A stretch of DNA of 64,000 nucleotides from Bdellovibrionaceae bacterium UBA1609. Lineage in GTDB: Bacteria > Bdellovibrionota > Bdellovibrionia > Bdellovibrionales > UBA1609. The position numbers were made by a program, and so were the translations under genes. The notes beneath the pieces are model-generated. The model worked only from the letters and a program-made list of their open reading frames with translations. It ran no database searches and was not told where the DNA came from. Below are positions 56,099 through 64,000 of the stretch, in pieces (position 1 is the first letter of the stretch; each line of letters starts with the position of its first letter). The stretch covers positions 1 through 64,000 of the forward strand of contig DCMZ01000002.1 in NCBI GenBank assembly GCA_002321895.1, written 5' to 3'.

Positions 56099-56935
56099 CT
56101 AAGGATTTCTCACGTATGGTCTAGGCGCTAACTGGACATTGAAACTGTAGTAGATGCGTATTAGACCATCGTCCCCAATCATTCCTTCGGGAGGGTTCAA
56201 AATAGGGCTAATTTCTTCGAAACTTTGCAACGCTGCTTCGTCTAGTCCTTTTGAGTCACTGGCTCTGACTAATATTATATCTTTTAGGAAACCAGCAGAA
56301 TCGAGTATCACTTCGATCTCTGTATATTGAGTGGTGTGGCTGAGGGATCTTAGGTCGGTCGGCGACAGAAGAGCCACGGATCTTCGAATTCGGTTGACCC
56401 ATCTCGGTCTCAACTGGGATTTTATGCGTTCAAAGTAGGTGTAATAGGTAAATTGATCCGCATTTAATGCGGTAGCAGAACCAATCTTTACATTGGGGAT
56501 GTAATCGGAAGAGGTGGAAAATCCCGAAACTCTCTGTGGGTTTAATGGTGATGGCGATAGCTTTCTTCCGGGCCCACGATTTCGTTTAGATTTTTCCTGG
56601 GGGGTACTTCTTTGGCTTGGTGTCGGAGATCTGTTCACCGTCTTGTTTGCCGTTCTAGAGGCTACTGACTCTTCGCTCACTCTTAAGTTTTTCTTAGAGA
56701 GTCGAGTGACCGCCTTCTGCAGCTGATTTACTTTTTCTTCCAGTTGCTCCAAATCTGAGACAACCTGTTTTTTCTCAATTTTCTTTTGAGGAGCTTGTGT
56801 GTAAACCACTTCAATGTCTTGAGGTGAGGTCTGGGGAAAAGCTTTACCAAAATGTTGTGATCCTAGCCCCAACAAAATATGTATGGCAATACTTAATAAT
56901 ATCGTAAACACCAGTAATGATTGATCTTTTTCCAT
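56099..56935 (-). CDS. TonB-family protein (N-terminal TM anchor, Pro/Ser-rich linker, TonB-C-like domain)
   Basis: TM LLVFTILLSIAIHILLGL. Linker PTPSQRSTPQEKSKRNRGPGRKLSPSPLNPQ. C-terminal YYTYFERIKSQLRPRW...IEVILDSAGFLKDIILVRASDSKGLDEAALQSFEEISPILNPP. Confidence 0.6.
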   Translation of the reverse strand: MEKDQSLLVFTILLSIAIHILLGLGSQHFGKAFPQTSPQDIEVVYTQAPQKKIEKKQVVSDLEQLEEKVNQLQKAVTRLSKKNLRVSEESVASRTANKTVNRSPTPSQRSTPQEKSKRNRGPGRKLSPSPLNPQRVSGFSTSSDYIPNVKIGSATALNADQFTYYTYFERIKSQLRPRWVNRIRRSVALLSPTDLRSLSHTTQYTEIEVILDSAGFLKDIILVRASDSKGLDEAALQSFEEISPILNPPEGMIGDDGLIRIYYSFNVQLAPRPYVRNP

Positions 56936-57027
56936 TTTCTCCCAATCCAGGGTTCAAATATAGCAAAACAAATGGTTAAAGTTGAGACACATTTGACCGA
57001 TAGGCAATATATCCGGGGGGATACTAT

Positions 57028-57555
57028 ATGTCTCAAAATAATAATGTCATAGATTTTCAAAAGCATTTGAAGAACCGTCAAGCTGAGCCTGCTGTAGATA
57101 AAGCTAAAAAATCCACGGCTGATGTGGTCAACATGACGGAAAGGCGTTCCGAGATTTTAAAAGAAGAGCGTCGTCAGGTGAAGCGTACAATTCTTACTGA
57201 GTTTATTGGCGCATCGGTAGTTGTACCTCAAAAAGGTCTAATGAAAGTGGCTTTATATGATATCTCCGATCAAGGTATTTCCTTTGATATGGAAGGAGAC
57301 TCTGGTCATTTTAAAGTGGGTGAAGAGGTCGCTATGCGTGTTTACCTCAACCATCAAACCTTCTTTCCGTTTTCCATCGTCCTTAAGAATGTTCAAGAGG
57401 TGGATGAAGAAGCTGTATACCGCCATGGTGGACAATTTGTGCAAGGCACTTTAAATGATGAAGCTTTACATCATTTTGTGAAGTTCATTGAGACGGTAAG
57501 CGCTAGTTTAAGAACCGATAGTGGGGACATTATGGTCTCCAACCTCAATAAATAG
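57028..57555 (+). CDS. PilZ-domain c-di-GMP-binding protein
   Basis: RRQVKR (RxxxR) followed by DISDQGISF (D-x-S-x-x-G) with PilZ-like spacing. Confidence 0.6.
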   Translation: MSQNNNVIDFQKHLKNRQAEPAVDKAKKSTADVVNMTERRSEILKEERRQVKRTILTEFIGASVVVPQKGLMKVALYDISDQGISFDMEGDSGHFKVGEEVAMRVYLNHQTFFPFSIVLKNVQEVDEEAVYRHGGQFVQGTLNDEALHHFVKFIETVSASLRTDSGDIMVSNLNK

Positions 57556-57581
57556 ATCTCTATTGCAATTTAGTTTTTTTA

Positions 57582-57610
57582 AAGACCCTTTTTTGAAGGG
57601 TCTTTTTTTT
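57582..57610 (+). terminator. Rho-independent terminator after the PilZ gene
   Basis: aagaccctt-tttg-aagggtctt tttttt. Confidence 0.8.
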
Positions 57611-57734
57611 GGTTCTTGTCGCGCCGAATTGAAACTCGACCTTTTTACTGGTCATAATAAGCGGTTAAGGAGAGAATATTTTATCTAGGGCTAGTTCTTT
57701 GGCCTTTGGGTGGATAAGGATTCTAGGAGGGTGA

Positions 57735-59057
57735 ATGTCCATACCGTCGAATTTTGACACCAAGATGGTGCTCGATACAAACGTCATTCTATTTGATGCC
57801 ATGGCATTAAGAAAATTTCCAAAAGGTGATATCTATATTCCCTTTTCGGTGATCGAAGAGATCGATCGATTTAAACGGGATATGGGAGAGAACGGAAGGA
57901 ATGCTAGACATTTTAGTCGTTTTGTAGACGTTCTACGAAGTCAGGGGTCTTTGGCTGATGGAGTGGCTCTTGAAGATACGGGTTCTTATGTCTACATCAT
58001 TGTTGACCAATACCATGATGGAATCCCAAAGGATATGTTCGAGAATTTAGCGGACAACCGTATTTTGGGTACGGCATTGGCCATTCAGAAAACCTACCCC
58101 GAAAGTAAAGTAGAGCTGATTTCAAAAGATATTAATCTTCGTATCAAAGCCGATGTTTTTAATATCGAAGCAAAAGATTACGAGCCGGTGGCGAGTAGTT
58201 TTGAAGATCTCTATATGGGAGTTTTGGATGTTGAAGTCACTAGCTCCCAAATCGATAAGTTCTACAAAGAAAAAGCCATTGAACTGGAAAATAAGTTTTT
58301 TGCGAATCAGTATGTTGTCATGAAAGACGGTTCCAATCCTAATCATTCTGCCATTGGACGATTTAGTGAATCCGATGGCTGTATTGTTCCATTATTAACT
58401 CCTTCAGAGGGGATTTGGGGAATTCATCCAAGGAATATGGAACAGAGTTTTGCACTGGATAGTCTGCTCAATGACGACATTAGTTTTGTTTCACTCGTTG
58501 GAAAAGCGGGTACGGGTAAAACATTGCTTGCTATCGCTGCAGGTCTTTCTAAGACGCTCGATGATGGCCACTTCCAAAAATTATTAGTGAGTCGACCCAT
58601 TTTTCCAATGGGGCGAGACATCGGTTACCTTCCTGGAGATATTGAAGAAAAACTAAACCCTTGGATGCAGCCCATCTTTGATAACGTTGAGTTTTTAATG
58701 GGTGAGGGGAAGAAGGCTGCGGGTCGTGCTCAGGAGCTTATTAATCAAGGAATGTTGAATATCGAACCACTCACTTACATTCGTGGCCGAAGCATTCCTA
58801 ATCAGTATTTGATCGTTGATGAAGCTCAGAACTTATCACCCCATGAAATTAAAACTATTGTTACTCGAGCTGGAAACGGGACAAAAGTTATATTAACGGG
58901 AGATCCCTACCAGATAGACAATCCCTATGTGGATGCCGCCAACTCAGGACTCACCTACTCCGTTGAGCGATTTAAAGGCGAGCGTATTGCTGGTCACGTG
59001 ACTCTAATGAAGGGTGAGCGATCAGAACTTGCAGAGCTCGCGGCAAATATTCTTTAA
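57735..59057 (+). CDS. PIN-domain plus PhoH-like ATPase (PhoH2/YlaK family)
   Basis: N-terminal PIN (MVLDTNVILFDAMAL...EEIDRFK), Walker A GKAGTGKT, and a PhoH C-terminal region. Confidence 0.85.
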   Translation: MSIPSNFDTKMVLDTNVILFDAMALRKFPKGDIYIPFSVIEEIDRFKRDMGENGRNARHFSRFVDVLRSQGSLADGVALEDTGSYVYIIVDQYHDGIPKDMFENLADNRILGTALAIQKTYPESKVELISKDINLRIKADVFNIEAKDYEPVASSFEDLYMGVLDVEVTSSQIDKFYKEKAIELENKFFANQYVVMKDGSNPNHSAIGRFSESDGCIVPLLTPSEGIWGIHPRNMEQSFALDSLLNDDISFVSLVGKAGTGKTLLAIAAGLSKTLDDGHFQKLLVSRPIFPMGRDIGYLPGDIEEKLNPWMQPIFDNVEFLMGEGKKAAGRAQELINQGMLNIEPLTYIRGRSIPNQYLIVDEAQNLSPHEIKTIVTRAGNGTKVILTGDPYQIDNPYVDAANSGLTYSVERFKGERIAGHVTLMKGERSELAELAANIL

Positions 59058-59085
59058 GCTTAGTTGGGTGTGACCGACACTTCGA

Positions 59086-59117
59086 TCCACTGGCCGAATA
59101 GCCAGTGGATTTTTTTT
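59086..59117 (+). terminator. Rho-independent terminator after the PhoH2 gene
   Basis: tccactggc-cgaata-gccagtgga tttttttt. Confidence 0.75.
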
Positions 59118-59500
59118 ATCCAATAGTCGAGGAATCTCTCGAAAGCATTAATACTCCATGGTTTGTGGCCGATAGAGCTATTAAGACGGGCATTCTGTCT
59201 TTGCAAGAAATTGGAGCGACGATGTTTATTCAAGGCGATTTGCAAAAAGTATTTGATGCACTTTTCACAATGGGAGTCATCGATCCCGTGTTGGAAGAGG
59301 ATTGGACAGAAGCGATAGATGAATTGCAGTACTACTATCCGGAAGTGCAAGAGGCGATTCAGGTAGTGAATGCTTTTCAGGGAAACTTAGACCAACTGAT
59401 GCATGAGTTGGAACAGTTTGATGTGAAGATTTTAGGTTTTTTAGCAATGGAAGTGGCCAAAGAGTTTGCTGACTTCCACTCAAGGGAAGAGTTACATTGA
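59105..59500 (+). CDS. Hypothetical acidic cytoplasmic protein; N-terminus uncertain (the ORF-track GTG start lies inside the upstream terminator; ATG at 59222 is an alternative)
   Basis: ATGA overlap with the downstream ORF suggests a real coupled gene. No domain recognised. Confidence 0.3.
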   Translation: MDFFYPIVEESLESINTPWFVADRAIKTGILSLQEIGATMFIQGDLQKVFDALFTMGVIDPVLEEDWTEAIDELQYYYPEVQEAIQVVNAFQGNLDQLMHELEQFDVKILGFLAMEVAKEFADFHSREELH

Positions 59501-59994
59501 TGAAGAATATAGTGATCGTATTAGGACTTATATTTATGAGCCAATCGGCGATGGCGGACTGGTCTGTGGATTTCTCTAGACGAAATATGAAAACCTTAGA
59601 GTCAGACGCAAGAATGCCAGCCTCTGAAGAAAAAGAAGAAAAGGGGTTCCTTGATACCATCTTTGAGTCTTCGACACCTCTACAAGAAATTGTTGTTCTG
59701 AATACTGAGAAGGGTTTCGTGCCTGCGACTGTAAATGTAAGAAGGGGCATGAATTATAAGTTTCACATCGTGAACATTAATGAATCTGAGCGAAACGTAA
59801 GTTTTGTTATGGATTCATTCAGTGAGCATCATGCCACCTACTTTGGGAATATCAAAACCTTTGTTTTGCGGCCTAAAACTGAAGGAGTGTTTAGCTTTCA
59901 GTGTCCCGAGACCTCAGCTCAAGGGAAGCTTGTTGTTTACCCCTCTTACAAAATGGATGATGCTATTCACTTGAGACAGCCTGCATCGAGGTAA
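59497..59994 (+). CDS. Secreted hypothetical protein with a cupredoxin-like beta-sandwich pattern but no copper ligands
   Basis: Signal peptide MMKNIVIVLGLIFMSQSAMA. FVPATVNVRRGMNYKFHIVNINESERNVSFVMDSF...VFSFQCPETSAQGKLVVYP has plastocyanin-like spacing but lacks His/Met ligands. Confidence 0.45.
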   Translation: MMKNIVIVLGLIFMSQSAMADWSVDFSRRNMKTLESDARMPASEEKEEKGFLDTIFESSTPLQEIVVLNTEKGFVPATVNVRRGMNYKFHIVNINESERNVSFVMDSFSEHHATYFGNIKTFVLRPKTEGVFSFQCPETSAQGKLVVYPSYKMDDAIHLRQPASR

Positions 59995-59997
59995 GTC

Positions 59998-61113
59998 ATG
60001 GGAAAAGACGTCGCCGGTGTTTATGAAGAATCTATAAAAGGCTATCTTCAGCCCATTTGGGATCTGCTACAAGACGAGTCCGTAACGGAAGTTATGATCA
60101 ACGGTCATGACGAGATTTTTATTGAAACTGGTGGTAAGCTTAAACGCTCAGAAAAGGTGTTTCCTGACGAAGACAGTTTGATGATGGCTGTAGTGAATAT
60201 TGCCCAAAGTGTGGGTCGGCGAATTGATGATGAGAACCCGAGGCTCGATGCCCGGTTGCCCAATGGTTATCGAATTCATGCCGTTATTCCTCCTCTGTGC
60301 AAAGGAACCACGGTGGCGATTCGTAAGTTCTCTACCGTTAAATTAACTTTCAAAGACTACATTAAATTCGGAACACTCACTCCAGACGCAGCTCTTTTTT
60401 TAGATATCTGCATGAAGCTTGGGAAAAATGTTTTGGTTTCAGGTGGTACCGGTTCGGGTAAAACAACACTTTTAAGTGTGTTATGCAGTAAAATCCCTCC
60501 TGGACAAAGAATCATCGTTATTGAGGATTCTGCAGAATTACAAATTGATTATGAACATATTGTATTTTTCGAAACACGAATGGCTAATGGTCAAGGTAAA
60601 GGTGCTGTGACCATAGAAGATCTATTAAAGAGTTCTTTACGACTTCGTCCGGATCGAATCATAGTGGGTGAGGTTCGTGGGGGTGAGGCTCTTGATCTTA
60701 TTCAAGCAATGAACACCGGTCATAAGGGATGTTTAGGTACGGTTCACTCAAACAGCGAAGAGGATGCTATGGTTCGTTTGGAAGCTCTTGCTCAAGGCGC
60801 GGAAAGCAAATTGAGTGAACAAGCTCTCCAATACCAAATCGGTGCAGCGGTGGATATAGTGGTTCAAATATCTAGAATGTCCGACGGGTCTCGTAAAATC
60901 ACTGGAATCTCTGAGGTTCTGGGGCTGCATGAGGATGGCACATACAACGTTTTGCCTATTTTTCGAATTGGACGTTTGGAAAAGCAGCCCGATGGAAAAT
61001 TAAAGGGGGGGCTAGAGCCGCAAGGTAATCTGCCCACTTTCATGGAAGAAATCGAAGATAATCGACTGCCATTTCCTCGAGACAAGTTTAGAACTCGTAA
61101 GAAAGCTGCTTAA
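59998..61113 (+). CDS. CpaF/TadA/VirB11-family secretion ATPase (short form)
   Basis: Walker A GGTGSGKTT, Asp box IIVIEDSAELQ, His box TGHKGCLGTVHSNS. GAGGTAAG SD. Confidence 0.8.
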   Translation: MGKDVAGVYEESIKGYLQPIWDLLQDESVTEVMINGHDEIFIETGGKLKRSEKVFPDEDSLMMAVVNIAQSVGRRIDDENPRLDARLPNGYRIHAVIPPLCKGTTVAIRKFSTVKLTFKDYIKFGTLTPDAALFLDICMKLGKNVLVSGGTGSGKTTLLSVLCSKIPPGQRIIVIEDSAELQIDYEHIVFFETRMANGQGKGAVTIEDLLKSSLRLRPDRIIVGEVRGGEALDLIQAMNTGHKGCLGTVHSNSEEDAMVRLEALAQGAESKLSEQALQYQIGAAVDIVVQISRMSDGSRKITGISEVLGLHEDGTYNVLPIFRIGRLEKQPDGKLKGGLEPQGNLPTFMEEIEDNRLPFPRDKFRTRKKAA

Positions 61114-61214
61114 CGCAAGGCGACACATAAGCTTTCCATTATATAAGAGGTTCAGCCCTATATTACGCATAGTGCCCGATTGTAATTATGGGGCCTCCAG
61201 GATAAAAACCCAGC

Positions 61215-63544
<2,330 letters not shown>

Positions 63545-63601
63545 GTCTCGAGCTCGCCGAATGATCTTAAGTTCAATGGCGTGACTTGATAGACTGGGTC
63601 T

Positions 63602-63919
63602 ATGTTACGCCGTTGGATAAATCAAATATTCAATTTAATTGATAAGTTTCTCTACGATCCCAAAAGAGTGCTCATAGTATTTGTCTCGCTTGTCACAATG
63701 AGCTTGGTTTTCGATGGAACGCTTTTGCAGTTATGGAAACTCAAGCGAGAGCACGCTGAGAATATAAACTCAATCAAAGAGTACCAAGTGAAGATACAAG
63801 AGTTGGATTTTAAGATTGCTCGTGCTCAGAAGTTGGATTTTATAGAGCGTGAGGCTCGAAATCGATTCGATTTGGTGGAAGAAGGGGACCTGGTTTTTGT
63901 ATTCACTGAGTCTGAATGA
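63602..63919 (+). CDS. ftsB: Septum formation initiator FtsB/DivIC-like
   Basis: N-terminal TM, coiled coil, and C-terminal DFIEREARNRFDLVEEGDLVFVF typical of FtsB. The eno-ftsB linkage is common. Confidence 0.7.
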   Translation: MLRRWINQIFNLIDKFLYDPKRVLIVFVSLVTMSLVFDGTLLQLWKLKREHAENINSIKEYQVKIQELDFKIARAQKLDFIEREARNRFDLVEEGDLVFVFTESE

Positions 63920-64000
63920 TAACAGACTATGGTCCAGTCCTCTGAAGCCAGTAACCGAGATGGTCTTTCCTATTGTCGAATAATTGTTAGGGGATTAATC

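Noticed and set aside
63929-64000. Possible start of a further gene (ATGGTCCAG…) at the 3' edge
   Set aside because: Only about 70 nt are available. It reads through to the window end but cannot be evaluated.

Overview
This 64-kb window looks like a chromosomal segment rather than a mobile island. GC content is roughly mid-40s percent and coding density is high. Core housekeeping genes are interleaved with an unusually large number of secreted, lipoprotein and outer-membrane proteins of unknown function. Recognisable core genes include folD, gcvT-gcvH (followed by tRNA-Leu-UAG), gcvP, a class-A beta-lactamase-like serine hydrolase, an APC permease, a YhcC-like radical-SAM protein, mtnP-like MTA phosphorylase, epmA-like EF-P lysyl ligase, an HU/IHF-family protein, a GT4 glycosyltransferase, a NUDIX hydrolase, pyrD, gdh, an RfaE-domain-I heptose kinase, rlmN, a PfkB kinase, pgi, eno and ftsB. 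The accessory content is more distinctive. (i) There is an Flp/Tad-type pilus mini-locus (Flp pilin, TadE-like pseudopilin, CpaB-like) at 0.4-3.3 kb and a separate orphan CpaF/TadA-family ATPase module at 59-61 kb. (ii) An RHH regulator, a small membrane protein and an SPFH/band-7 protein form an operon behind an AT-rich array of TATACA-type repeats. (iii) MotA and MotB are flanked by a TPR lipoprotein, translationally coupled to an uncharacterised 602-aa two-TM protein, and followed by an OM beta-barrel and a small AgmX/PglI-C-terminal-domain protein. This may be an envelope-spanning motility or energy-transduction module that I cannot match to a described system. (iv) Two periplasmic paralogues sit in tandem, one carrying a (GHK)n histidine-rich tract. 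(v) The c-di-GMP genes are a DgcB-like FHA-GGDEF cyclase and a PilZ protein, and an ECF sigma factor and a PIN-PhoH (YlaK-like) ATPase lie nearby. (vi) There is a histone-H1-like lysine-repeat protein. (vii) Several large secreted proteins are present: a 999-aa NHL-repeat lipoprotein, an 855-aa acidic Cys-rich lipoprotein and an L,D-transpeptidase. The overall gene repertoire (Flp pili, many lipoproteins, DgcB-like cyclase, AgmX domain, L,D-transpeptidase) is consistent with a Bdellovibrio-like predatory bacterium, but that is inference only. No CRISPR array, IS element, integrase or prophage was seen. All calls are from reading the translations and DNA by eye; no searches were run.
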